Assembly: GCA_964385165.1 (NCBI GenBank)
Contig: CAYLNF010000001.1
Span: forward strand, 6,533-70,532
Reading direction: 5' to 3'
Length of the DNA stretch: 64,000 nt
From: an uncultured Sulfurimonas sp.
GTDB lineage: Bacteria > Campylobacterota > Campylobacteria > Campylobacterales > Sulfurimonadaceae
The position numbers were made by a program, and so were the translations under genes. The notes under the pieces were generated by a model. It ran no database searches. It saw only the letters and a program-made list of their open reading frames with translations, and was not told the origin of the DNA. Each line of letters begins with the position of its first letter. The first letter of the stretch is position 1. Positions 9,399-19,029 of the stretch are shown piece by piece.

Positions 9399-11378
9399 CT
9401 AGTTTAATGGCTCCGGTTTTCCAAAGTAATAACCTTGAGAGAAATCAACACCCAACTCTTTAACAATTTTAAAGATAGATTCACTCTCTATAAATTCGGC
9501 AACTGTTTGTATATTTTGCTCTTTAGCAAATGTTACGATACTCTTAACAGCAGATAATGAATAACTACTTGTCTCAATATCACGAATCAAACAACCATCT
9601 ATTTTAAGTATATCTGGTTGATAATCTAGTAATCTCTCATAGTTTGAGTACCCTGCTCCAAAATCATCTATCGCTATCTTAACTCCGTAACTTTTAACTT
9701 TAACGATAAACTCTTTGATAACATCAAACTCTTTTACACTTTCATCCTCTAAAAGCTCAAATACTGCTCTTGAAGCGTACTCTTTGTTCTCCTCTAAAAG
9801 TTCAAAAATTTTCTCTCTTGTACTCTTTTGTTCAATATCTATCGCCGATAAATTTATAGATATATCAACATCACAATTTCTTAAAATCGAAAATGAATGA
9901 TCCATAACTATGTTTGTAATTTTTGGATAATAGTTACTTTTTTTAGATGTTTCTATAAAAAAGAATGGTGATACAACTTTATCCTCATCATCTATCAATC
10001 TAACAAGAGATTCATACTTAACTATCTCTTGTGTATTATTATCTACGATAGGTTGAAAATATGAAACTATTTTAGAGTTTTCAATCGCTTTTTTAATCAT
10101 ATGAACAGTTTTCATATTCTCTTTTGCTTTTACCTGTTCAACATTTGCTAAGTTATTTGAGATAATAAAATCTTTTTTAGTTTTAAGAAGTTGTTTCATC
10201 CCTATCTTAGCAGATTCTAAAGCTTTTTCATTTTCATAAACTAAAGAGATGATTACAGATATGTCATACTCTATATCACCTAAATCTATCTTATCTTCCC
10301 GTATAATCTCTTGATACTTTTTAAGTGAATCTATAAAATCACTTTCTGAATTAAAATATTTTGTATGATCTATTAAAAAAGCAAATTCACCATTCCCTAA
10401 TCTGTAAATAGTGTTAAACTCATAAAATTCTGAAAATTTATTTTTTAGATAGATATGTGCTTTATCTTGAATCGATTCAACAACCTCATGGTCATAAAAC
10501 TCCTCCATCATCTCAAACTTATCAAGTTTCATATAGATAAGAATCTGATTTTGAACATTTTTAATCTCATCATTTAGTTGCTTTATAGGGTTCATAATAT
10601 CTGTAATATCGTGTCTTAGAGAGATATATTCTATTATCTCACCATCTATGTTGATAATAGGAACAACAACACTATCAACATAGTAGCTTTTAGAGTTTTT
10701 AGCCTTATTTCTTATGGTACCTTTCCAAACTTTTTTATCAACTTGTATCGTTTTCCATAGATCAGCAAAAACCTCTGATGAGTTATCTGGATGGCGAACA
10801 ATATTATGGTTTTTACCTATAAGCTCCTCTCTTGTATAACCAGAGATTTCACAAAAAGCATCATTTACATAAGTTATCATCCCTTTTTTATCAGCTTTAG
10901 AAACGATAGAACTCTCATTTGCTGCCTCTTGATAAGCATGTAAAAGGTGTAAATTTTCTTGAGATTGTTTAACATATTTATATTTTTGAGTAACACGGAA
11001 AATAAGGTTTGTAAGTTGATCTATATCTATCGGTTTTAAAAGGTAGCCATTTACACCTGTTTGGATACTTTGTGTAAAAAAGCTCTCCTCATTATGTGCT
11101 GATAAGATTATGAGTGGAACCTCAACATCTATCTCCCGAATCTTAGCACACATCTCTAAACCATCAATCTTAGGCATATTTATATCTGTGATAACTATAT
11201 CTATCTCATTCTCTTTAAATTTTTCTATACCATCTTCACCATCAACAGCCACAATGATAGAATCAAAATAATCTTCAAGGATCATCGTTGTCATCTCTCT
11301 AGCATCTTGATTATCTTCAACATAAAGCAGTTTTAAATCTCTTGAACTCTCTATAACTTTTTTTATATCAACCATCAT
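9399..11378 (-). CDS. REC-PAS-(degenerate GGDEF)-EAL c-di-GMP phosphodiesterase
   Basis: LLYVED; PAS YVNDAFCEISGY; RLGNGEF; ESLVR, IDDFGAGYSN, QGYYF. Confidence 0.9.
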   Translation of the reverse strand: MMVDIKKVIESSRDLKLLYVEDNQDAREMTTMILEDYFDSIIVAVDGEDGIEKFKENEIDIVITDINMPKIDGLEMCAKIREIDVEVPLIILSAHNEESFFTQSIQTGVNGYLLKPIDIDQLTNLIFRVTQKYKYVKQSQENLHLLHAYQEAANESSIVSKADKKGMITYVNDAFCEISGYTREELIGKNHNIVRHPDNSSEVFADLWKTIQVDKKVWKGTIRNKAKNSKSYYVDSVVVPIINIDGEIIEYISLRHDITDIMNPIKQLNDEIKNVQNQILIYMKLDKFEMMEEFYDHEVVESIQDKAHIYLKNKFSEFYEFNTIYRLGNGEFAFLIDHTKYFNSESDFIDSLKKYQEIIREDKIDLGDIEYDISVIISLVYENEKALESAKIGMKQLLKTKKDFIISNNLANVEQVKAKENMKTVHMIKKAIENSKIVSYFQPIVDNNTQEIVKYESLVRLIDDEDKVVSPFFFIETSKKSNYYPKITNIVMDHSFSILRNCDVDISINLSAIDIEQKSTREKIFELLEENKEYASRAVFELLEDESVKEFDVIKEFIVKVKSYGVKIAIDDFGAGYSNYERLLDYQPDILKIDGCLIRDIETSSYSLSAVKSIVTFAKEQNIQTVAEFIESESIFKIVKELGVDFSQGYYFGKPEPLN

Positions 11379-13440
11379 CTTCTCCTAAAATTATTTTAAA
11401 ACTAACACCATTTTTAGTGTTTTGTACCTCTAAAGTACCTTTACAATGCTCTTCAACTATCAATTTACTCATATATAATCCTAGTCCAGTTCCATCTTTT
11501 TTTAACTTTGTAGAAAAATATGGTTCAAATATTTTGTCCATAATATCTTCAGAGATTCCACCAGCATTATCTTTAATGATAAAAACTCTTTTATCTATTG
11601 TTACATCTATTTGTGGATTTTCAATCTTGTTTTCAACCAAAGCATCTTCAGCATTTTTTATCAAGTTTAATAAAACCTGCTTAAGCTCATTATCGTATGT
11701 TTTAAACTCTTCAACACCTAAAATCTCTTTTGTAATCTTAATATTCTTAGCTTCTAAAGAGTTTTCAACAATCCCAAATACACTACCGTAAACTTTTTCA
11801 AAATCTGTTCTTCTTTTTAATTTATTTGACTTAAAAAAGTTTCTGAAATCATCTATTGTAGCACTTAACTGCATAGAAAAACCCTTGATTTTATCTGCTA
11901 AATCTATAACTATTTGATTTTCAAGCTTATCTAACCTAGCTTTTAATGTTAAGGAGCCTGTTACTGCTGTTATAGCACTTAAAGGTTGTCTCCATTGGTG
12001 AGCTATCATATTTATCATCTCACCCATCTGAGCCAATCTATGTTGCTGTTGCATAAGCTTCTCTTGAATCTTGTTTTTTTGCTCTTCCTCTTTAATCTTC
12101 TCTATTAAAAGTTCATTTTCTGTTATATCTAAACGGATAGAGATATAAGCCTCTATTTTACCCTTTTTATTATAAAGAGGTTCTATGTTGGCATAAACCC
12201 AATAAAAACCACCATTTTTTCTCTTGTTTTTTACTTTTCCACTCCAAGATTCACCATTTGATATTTTACTCCATAACTCTTTATATACCTCACTCGGCAT
12301 ATCTTCGTGACGAACTATATTATGATTTTTACCTATCAATTGCTCTTTAGAGTAACCAGAGATGGCACAAAAAGCCTCACTAACATCAAGTATGATACCT
12401 TTTGTATCTGTTATAGAACTAATAACATATTTATCCATAACTACACGAAGTCTTTGCTCCTCAGTTGCTAACCTTACAAAAGCTATAAGTAAAAAAACAA
12501 ATATTGCTAAACTAACTAAAACTAATAAAATAACAAAAACAAAAATATACTGAGCATTTTGAAGCTCTAACTCTATCTTCTCACTAGTATCTTTTTTAAT
12601 AAATTTACCTATCTCATCAAGTAAATCTAATTTTCTAGTCATTATGTCATACCAAAATTTAGCATCTATCCCTTTTTCTAATCTATCTTTTTTTATGTTA
12701 TCTTCTATCTCTTTTACTATTGTAAATATTTTATTAGTATTTATATTTTCATAAAAACCATATATTTTTGGTGAAGCATAATCAAAAAACATCATCTCAT
12801 TTTGTTTTTGTAAAGCGATTAAGTTTAAAAATCGTATTAAAATATCGCTATCATTTAGTTTACTAGATAACAAAACAACACCACTAGCCCTTTGTATCCC
12901 CGCATTTTCTTTTAGATAAAGTAGATTACTATATGCTAAAATATTTTGGGTAATGATAGGGATATGTGATGATTTTGCTATATCTACAATAACCATTAGT
13001 AATTTAGAATTTAACTGAGAATATATTTTTATAGCCATCTCTGAAGTTATCTCATTTTTGTCTATTTTTTCTCTTAACAGATGTAACGATTTTATATTTG
13101 GCTTTTTGATATGACATCTATTTTTATCTAAATAATCTATCAAAGCATAGATATGCTTATCAGTTTGTTTTCGTTGTTGAATTAGCTCAGATAAAAAAGT
13201 ATCACTTTTATATGTCAAATAACCACTAGATAAGCCTCTCTCTTTTTGCTGAGAATGGATAATATTTGATACAAGATTACTTAATGTTACTTTATTATTT
13301 AGTTCACTTAATGAAACCATTTTAGAGTACATCGATGTAATAATAATAGTTCCAAAAATTATTAAAATAGTAACTAAACCTATCGTTGGTACTAATAATT
13401 TTGTTTTTAAAGATATTTTTTTAAACATATACTCAACCAT
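11368..13440 (-). CDS. NIT (nitrate/nitrite-sensing)-PAS sensor histidine kinase
   Basis: TM then 'QKERGLSSGYL' NIT signature and 'LKENAGIQRA'; PAS; IAHQWRQPL; GTGLGL. Confidence 0.85.
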   Translation of the reverse strand: MVEYMFKKISLKTKLLVPTIGLVTILIIFGTIIITSMYSKMVSLSELNNKVTLSNLVSNIIHSQQKERGLSSGYLTYKSDTFLSELIQQRKQTDKHIYALIDYLDKNRCHIKKPNIKSLHLLREKIDKNEITSEMAIKIYSQLNSKLLMVIVDIAKSSHIPIITQNILAYSNLLYLKENAGIQRASGVVLLSSKLNDSDILIRFLNLIALQKQNEMMFFDYASPKIYGFYENINTNKIFTIVKEIEDNIKKDRLEKGIDAKFWYDIMTRKLDLLDEIGKFIKKDTSEKIELELQNAQYIFVFVILLVLVSLAIFVFLLIAFVRLATEEQRLRVVMDKYVISSITDTKGIILDVSEAFCAISGYSKEQLIGKNHNIVRHEDMPSEVYKELWSKISNGESWSGKVKNKRKNGGFYWVYANIEPLYNKKGKIEAYISIRLDITENELLIEKIKEEEQKNKIQEKLMQQQHRLAQMGEMINMIAHQWRQPLSAITAVTGSLTLKARLDKLENQIVIDLADKIKGFSMQLSATIDDFRNFFKSNKLKRRTDFEKVYGSVFGIVENSLEAKNIKITKEILGVEEFKTYDNELKQVLLNLIKNAEDALVENKIENPQIDVTIDKRVFIIKDNAGGISEDIMDKIFEPYFSTKLKKDGTGLGLYMSKLIVEEHCKGTLEVQNTKNGVSFKIILGEDDG

Positions 13441-13574
13441 AATTTTTTTGTTTTAAAATTATATACAAAGAATCTATGTAAATTTACATTAAAATCTGTA
13501 GATTCTGTATTTTAAAACTTCTTCATAAGCTTAATTAGATTACAATTAGTTATAAAAAGGTTAAAAGGTGTTTC

Positions 13575-14225
13575 GTGAATAAAACAAAAATACTTCTTGT
13601 TGAAGATGATGAATTAGCATCGGAACTGATATATACATTTTTAAATGAATCTGGTTTTGAGGTTAAGCCTGTTTTTACAGCAACTGATTGTATTGCCCAA
13701 ATTCAACATGAACATTTTGATCTTATCATACTAGATATTAGCCTTCCTGATTTTAACGGTTTTGAGGTTTTAAAAAGTGTAAGAAATAAGATCTCATCAC
13801 CCATAATTATAACAAGTGGTCATAGTGATAAAGGTTCTAAACTTATGTCGTTTAAATATGGTGCTAGTGATTACATGGTAAAACCTTTAGATTTAGATGA
13901 GCTAGAGGCTAGAATCTGGGTACAACTAAGTAGAAATAGTGAGATAAAAACATCAGATGAGAAACAGCTCTTTGAGATAAAAGAATCTACTATCTACTTT
14001 AAACAAGAGATTTTAAACTTAACAACCATAGAATCTGAAATCTTATCAATCCTCATAAAAAATAAAAATCAAGTTATAAAACGAGAGGAGCTAGTATCTT
14101 ACCTATCATCGATTAGCTCAACCCGCTCACTAGATAACCATATAAAAAACATAAGAAAAAAACTTGGTGAAGATTCTAAGTATCTAAAAACTGAGTATGG
14201 TGTTGGGTATATTTTAAAATTTTAA
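13575..14225 (+). CDS. OmpR/PhoB family response regulator
   Basis: ILLVEDD, DISLPD, DNHIKNIRKKL, EYGVGY; GTG start. Confidence 0.92.
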   Translation: MNKTKILLVEDDELASELIYTFLNESGFEVKPVFTATDCIAQIQHEHFDLIILDISLPDFNGFEVLKSVRNKISSPIIITSGHSDKGSKLMSFKYGASDYMVKPLDLDELEARIWVQLSRNSEIKTSDEKQLFEIKESTIYFKQEILNLTTIESEILSILIKNKNQVIKREELVSYLSSISSTRSLDNHIKNIRKKLGEDSKYLKTEYGVGYILKF

Positions 14226-16009
14226 ATATCCCCTTTAACCCTAGAAACTATCTTCTCATCCTCTGACAAATCAACCCACTTAAACTGATTCCCACTCTGA
14301 TTTGAACCTTTTAGCAAGTCACCACTTTTTCTAAATTTGAGGTCTAAATTTGCTATATCAAACCCACTTTTTGTTTCAACAAATCTATCTAATCTTTCTG
14401 AAGAGTTTTGGTTAGTGTAAAGATAACAATACCCTTTTAAACCTGTACGACTCACCCTACCCCTAAGTTGATGTAGAGTTGAAAGCCCTAACCTCTCAGC
14501 ACCAACAATTATAACCGTAGTAAGACGAGGAAGTGAGATTCCAACCTCAACAACAGTTGTAGCTATGAGAATCTTACCCCTATCTCTAAACTCTAAAAGT
14601 ACACTCTCTTTCTCTTTGTCTTTACCATGTGTAACATAAACATCATCAAAGTTTTTCTCCCAATACCCACGAGCCTCATCTATACTTTGGTAGTTTATAG
14701 CTTCACTCTGCTCAACAAGTGGATAAACAACTAAAATTTGGTTATTTTTTTCTATTTCACTCTTTATATGAACTACCAAATCTTTAAAATCATTTTTATG
14801 AATCACTTTTGAATCTATATCTTTAGTAAATGGTGTTGAAGTTATAAGACTAACATCTATATGAGCAGTCTCTATCATAGCTTGTGTTCGTGGAATCGGT
14901 GTGGCTGAAAACTGTAAATAGTGTGGTTTTTTCTCACCATCACTAACTAACTTCTCTAATATATTTCTTTGTTGTGTTCCAAAACGGTGTTGCTCATCTA
15001 CCATCACTAAACTAGCTTGTGGTAACTCTCTATAAAGTAAAGCATGAGTACCAATGATAAAATCAAACTCCTCTAAATCTACTTTTTTAGTTTTGTTTGT
15101 AACTAGAGTTGATTTTATGTTTGGTAAAAACTTTTGAGCCTCCTCAAAGAGTTGATTTGCGAGTATAGTTGTGGGTGCCATAAGAATCGAGCGATGAGGC
15201 ATCATCATAACAGCACTAGCTAAAATTACCATAGTTTTACCACTACCAACATCACCAACCACCATCCTTTTAGATGCTACATCTTTGGCAAAATCTTTTT
15301 TTATATCTTCTATGGTTTGAATCTGCTCAGGTGTTAGTTTAAATGGTAAAGTTTTAGCCCACTCATCATAAGAGCTATCTTTTTGAACAAGTGGTTTAAA
15401 ATATCGCCTCTTACCTGCTAAAAGTTTCATATAATTAAATAGTTCTATATACTTTAAAGCATTTAAAGATTCAACACTTAACTCTGAAGATTCTAAACTC
15501 TCATCTGTTGGAAAGTGGAGTTTTAAAACCTCATCTATCACATCTCTAGGTAACCCCTCAGATTCTAAGTTTTCAACACTTAAATGTTTAGCAACAAACC
15601 GAGCCATCACATCTGTTCTCAAACCAACTTTATATTTAGGGGTTATAGCTCCTATCGTTGTGATTTTTTTAGGCATACTGATACTACACTGCCCCATCTT
15701 ACAATCAACCACACCAAAATAGTAATCTCTACTACCAACTTTATATTGGTGCATCATATATGGTTTAGGTTGAAATAAAACACCATTTATAGTGTGTCCA
15801 AAATTATGAACAAAAAAAGTTATTTGAATGGAGTTTGGAGATTTAAAAACAGATTCAACAGTAGCATCTATAAGTTGAGCTTTTTGTAGTTGAAGTTTAG
15901 AGTGTGGACGAAAATCTTCATAAGAGTTAGGTATAAGTAAAGCAAGTTCCGACCAAGAGTTTATACTAAGTTTTTCAAACTTAGTTAGTATATCTTTTGT
16001 GAGTTTCAT
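14222..16009 (-). CDS. recG: ATP-dependent DNA helicase RecG
   Basis: GDVGSGKT, DEQHRFG, SATPIPRT, HQLRGRV. Confidence 0.96.
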   Translation of the reverse strand: MKLTKDILTKFEKLSINSWSELALLIPNSYEDFRPHSKLQLQKAQLIDATVESVFKSPNSIQITFFVHNFGHTINGVLFQPKPYMMHQYKVGSRDYYFGVVDCKMGQCSISMPKKITTIGAITPKYKVGLRTDVMARFVAKHLSVENLESEGLPRDVIDEVLKLHFPTDESLESSELSVESLNALKYIELFNYMKLLAGKRRYFKPLVQKDSSYDEWAKTLPFKLTPEQIQTIEDIKKDFAKDVASKRMVVGDVGSGKTMVILASAVMMMPHRSILMAPTTILANQLFEEAQKFLPNIKSTLVTNKTKKVDLEEFDFIIGTHALLYRELPQASLVMVDEQHRFGTQQRNILEKLVSDGEKKPHYLQFSATPIPRTQAMIETAHIDVSLITSTPFTKDIDSKVIHKNDFKDLVVHIKSEIEKNNQILVVYPLVEQSEAINYQSIDEARGYWEKNFDDVYVTHGKDKEKESVLLEFRDRGKILIATTVVEVGISLPRLTTVIIVGAERLGLSTLHQLRGRVSRTGLKGYCYLYTNQNSSERLDRFVETKSGFDIANLDLKFRKSGDLLKGSNQSGNQFKWVDLSEDEKIVSRVKGDI

Positions 16010-16015
16010 AATTAT

Positions 16016-16123
16016 TTAATTACTATTTTCTTCTAGTTTTTTAACTCTTTTATAAAGATTCCCAATCATAAAACTCATAACTAATATAATCAATGTAAGT
16101 ACAATATCTTCTAAAGTTTCCAT
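16016..16123 (-). CDS. Unannotated 35-aa single-TM peptide METLEDIVLTLIILVMSFMIGNLYKRVKKLEENSN
   Basis: Translated by hand; AAGGA RBS before ATG; hydrophobic core then basic tail; ends 6 nt before recG start. Confidence 0.65.
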   Translation of the reverse strand: METLEDIVLTLIILVMSFMIGNLYKRVKKLEENSN

Positions 16124-16151
16124 AATTTTCCTTTGTATGATATAATAATGC

Positions 16152-16305
16152 TCGAAGGGTTAGAGGGGCTGAAGCCTCTAACTTAACTCCTGAATAATTT
16201 TAATAACTATATAAATAGTATTTAAAACTTTCAGGAGAGTATTAAGATATTTCATCTTAATCTCCTCACATTATTATTTGTCCCACCTTTTGGTGGAGAC
16301 AATAT
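16152..16305 (+). ncRNA. Putative antisense RNA covering the 25-aa ORF (boundaries approximate)
   Basis: TGATATAAT at 16138-16146 on +, no + ORF, hairpins at 16159-16182 and 16278-16302. Confidence 0.5.
16178..16255 (-). CDS. Unannotated 25-aa amphipathic peptide MKYLNTLLKVLNTIYIVIKIIQELS, putative type I toxin
   Basis: GAGGAG RBS, TATAAT at 16307-16312 (-), 5' hairpin, 3' hairpin over the stop codon. Confidence 0.65.
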   Translation of the reverse strand: MKYLNTLLKVLNTIYIVIKIIQELS

Positions 16306-16384
16306 AATTATACATAAAAATCAAAAACTATCTAAAAATATGGCAAATTGTCATAAATATTTGTATTATATTCAACTTATATAT

Positions 16385-18043
16385 TTATGTTTTAAATGTT
16401 TCTAACTCATGATTTAGCTTATCAGTCATATTATTTAGATGTTCGGCTGCTGCTGCTATCTCTTCTACACTTCTTGCATTTATTGATGAGATATTATTTA
16501 TATCTTCAACCTTGCCTACAATAAGTTCAACATTTTCACCAGTTTTTTCAAAATCAACAACAGTTCTATCACTAGCACTAACAGCTTCATTAACTATCTC
16601 TACAGTCTCATTAATTCTATCTTCAACACCTTGTGCTAAATTGGCTAGTGATTGAATCTCCTCAGCATTTGCACTCATTTTAATAGAAGCATCACCTATA
16701 GATTGAACTACTATACTTATAGTTGCATTTATCTCTGATAATGTTTTTTGTGTTCTCTCTGCTAGTTTACGAACTTCATCTGCAACAACAGCAAAACCAC
16801 GACCATGCTCACCAGCTCTTGCTGCTTCAATAGCAGCATTTAATGCTAGTAAATTTGTTTGGTCTGCTATATCTGAAATAACTACTAAAACGGTTTTAAC
16901 CTCTTCTGCATCATGAGAAAGAGTTTCCATATTATGTGCTAACTCCTCTTCTGCTTGTGCTGTTTCTTGAACTTTTGATGTCAATGATATTACATCATCT
17001 CTAGCAATACCAAGGTTTGAATTTGCTAAAACTATATCTTTTTTAGATGATTGGGCATCCACTATCGCACTAGATATCTCTTCTTTAATATTTTGAGCTT
17101 GTGATGTTGCTTCCTCTACAATACCAACAGATTCTTCTACATTATTTCCAACACTTAATGCTGTAGTAGAAAGCTCATAAGAGATTGCAGCATTTTCATT
17201 AGATGAAGTTTTTGTGCTATCAACAAGAGACCTTATAGATTCCATAAGTTCATTAAGATTTTTCGCCATCATCCCCATCTCATCATTAGAGGTAACTAAA
17301 GTTCTTGTTAAATCTTGATTTTTAGAGATATAATCTATGTGATTGTGCATATTATTTAAAGCTTTTTTAAACACTCTAGTAAATAGAGTTGCAGATACAA
17401 TCATAATTAAACTTAAAAGCATTATTGAAATAAATAAAATCTTAATGACACTATGCTCATCTTCTGATGCTGTTTCTGTTGATTTTTCAAGTAGATGTTC
17501 AATGATAGCACCTATACTATTCATCTCATGTTCCATACTATTAAGTAATGGTTCTGCGTTATCCAAATGAGCTGCAACTTCATTATGTTTATTATGTGTT
17601 AAGTTATGCTCTAGGTTCTCTACTAGAATTTCAAACTTTTTTTGCTCACTTTCTAAATGTTTAAAAGTTGCAAATATCTCATTATATTTAGCTTTAACAT
17701 CCTTTTCATGAGAGTGTGCAATCGCTTTTTTTAAAGTGATGAGAACACCATGAAACTTTTTATCGGTATCTTTTTCAATCTTTTCTATATGATGTTCTAT
17801 ATCTGTAAACTCTTTAGAGTGAACATTCTCTGAATGTAATAACAACTGATATGTTAATATCTCCTCTTCTAAAATATCTTTTTCAAGTTCCATAACTAAA
17901 GTATTGATAGGTACTTGAAATTCTGATATCTCCTCTATCTCACTACCTATTGAATCTACATTTTCATAAATTAAAGCTGATTGGATAAATACAGCTAAAA
18001 TTATGATGCTAAATGTCATTTGGATTTTTGTTACTAACTTCAT
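16385..18043 (-). CDS. Methyl-accepting chemotaxis protein
   Basis: [40 protein letters not shown]; two TMs and HAMP. Confidence 0.96.
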   Translation of the reverse strand: MKLVTKIQMTFSIIILAVFIQSALIYENVDSIGSEIEEISEFQVPINTLVMELEKDILEEEILTYQLLLHSENVHSKEFTDIEHHIEKIEKDTDKKFHGVLITLKKAIAHSHEKDVKAKYNEIFATFKHLESEQKKFEILVENLEHNLTHNKHNEVAAHLDNAEPLLNSMEHEMNSIGAIIEHLLEKSTETASEDEHSVIKILFISIMLLSLIMIVSATLFTRVFKKALNNMHNHIDYISKNQDLTRTLVTSNDEMGMMAKNLNELMESIRSLVDSTKTSSNENAAISYELSTTALSVGNNVEESVGIVEEATSQAQNIKEEISSAIVDAQSSKKDIVLANSNLGIARDDVISLTSKVQETAQAEEELAHNMETLSHDAEEVKTVLVVISDIADQTNLLALNAAIEAARAGEHGRGFAVVADEVRKLAERTQKTLSEINATISIVVQSIGDASIKMSANAEEIQSLANLAQGVEDRINETVEIVNEAVSASDRTVVDFEKTGENVELIVGKVEDINNISSINARSVEEIAAAAEHLNNMTDKLNHELETFKT

Positions 18044-18156
18044 AATTGCAACCTTTTCTTATAATAATTATAAGATTGTACCTTATTATAAAATAGTTTG
18101 TAAAGCTAATAAATCATATAAATATTGTTAATTAATTATTACTTATAATACAATCT

Positions 18157-18165
18157 CCCCCCCCC
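18157..18165. repeat. C9/G9 homopolymer upstream of the MCP gene
   Basis: C9 run between caatct and gatat in very AT-rich DNA. Confidence 0.9.
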
Positions 18166-18214
18166 GATATTTAGGCTTTTTTTATATGTTTTAAAAATTT
18201 AAATAAATATAGAA

Positions 18215-18245
18215 ATTTAGTAACTATCGCATAACTCAAATCATT
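18215..18245. repeat. 31-bp direct repeat, copy 1 (duplicate of peptidase 3' end; att-like)
   Basis: atttagtaactatcgcataactcaaatcatt, identical to 19032-19062. Confidence 0.95.
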
Positions 18246-18705
18246 AAACTAGTTTAGATTTTAAAATACAAATATTTTGAGCTGATTTAAAGGCAATGTA
18301 TAAACCATTTTTACCAATAGCAAGATGATCATCTTCACCATCTTTAGTAAGCATTTGGTACATTTCAGTTATTGTATATTTGTCTAGCATTAGACCACAT
18401 ACCTCATTTTTTAAGATTTTTTTATTTAATATAGCCATTGTAGCTAAGTAAATAACAGCATTACGATCATCAGCATGTTGATACAAAAAATAACCATACC
18501 AACTAAGTAATTTATATACATCTGTACTTTTTGCTTCTATTCCAAATGTATCATTATGTAAAAAAAGATGTTGAGTAGCTTTATTTAAAGCATCCTCTTT
18601 TGTTTGTTCAGATACAGCAACAAAAGATTTGAATTGTGGAGTTTCTAAAAGGTTATTAAGTAATTCTACTGCATTATACAGTTCATCTAAAATATCATTT
18701 GACAT
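18244..18705 (-). CDS. Hypothetical protein, 153 aa (mini-island cargo)
   Basis: Abuts upstream 71-aa ORF; stop overlaps the direct repeat; no family recognised. Confidence 0.75.
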   Translation of the reverse strand: MSNDILDELYNAVELLNNLLETPQFKSFVAVSEQTKEDALNKATQHLFLHNDTFGIEAKSTDVYKLLSWYGYFLYQHADDRNAVIYLATMAILNKKILKNEVCGLMLDKYTITEMYQMLTKDGEDDHLAIGKNGLYIAFKSAQNICILKSKLV

Positions 18706-18921
18706 CTATATATCTACTTTATGAACTTCTTTGAATGTCTCATACATATCATTTGAAAGTTCATTAACAGCTTTTTGCATCTCTTCTGGATCACTAAGCA
18801 ATTTTAAAGATTTTAACACACTTTCACTAGTACCATTATTTGAAATAATATTAGCTTTTTTATTTTCTTGAGCTAGTTTTCTACTGTTTTCAAATATCTC
18901 TTTAAATTTTGTTTTTGTCAT
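18706..18921 (-). CDS. Hypothetical protein, 71 aa (mini-island cargo, possible antitoxin)
   Basis: GAGGGA RBS; small charged helical protein coupled to the next ORF. Confidence 0.7.
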   Translation of the reverse strand: MTKTKFKEIFENSRKLAQENKKANIISNNGTSESVLKSLKLLSDPEEMQKAVNELSNDMYETFKEVHKVDI

Positions 18922-19029
18922 TTTAAGTTAATCCCTCATAAATTGTTCAATTAGATTATTCTAACACAAAAGAGATTTAGTATAAATCAAATCTCTAAAC
19001 CTGAATTTAATAATTTAAATATTAAAAAC

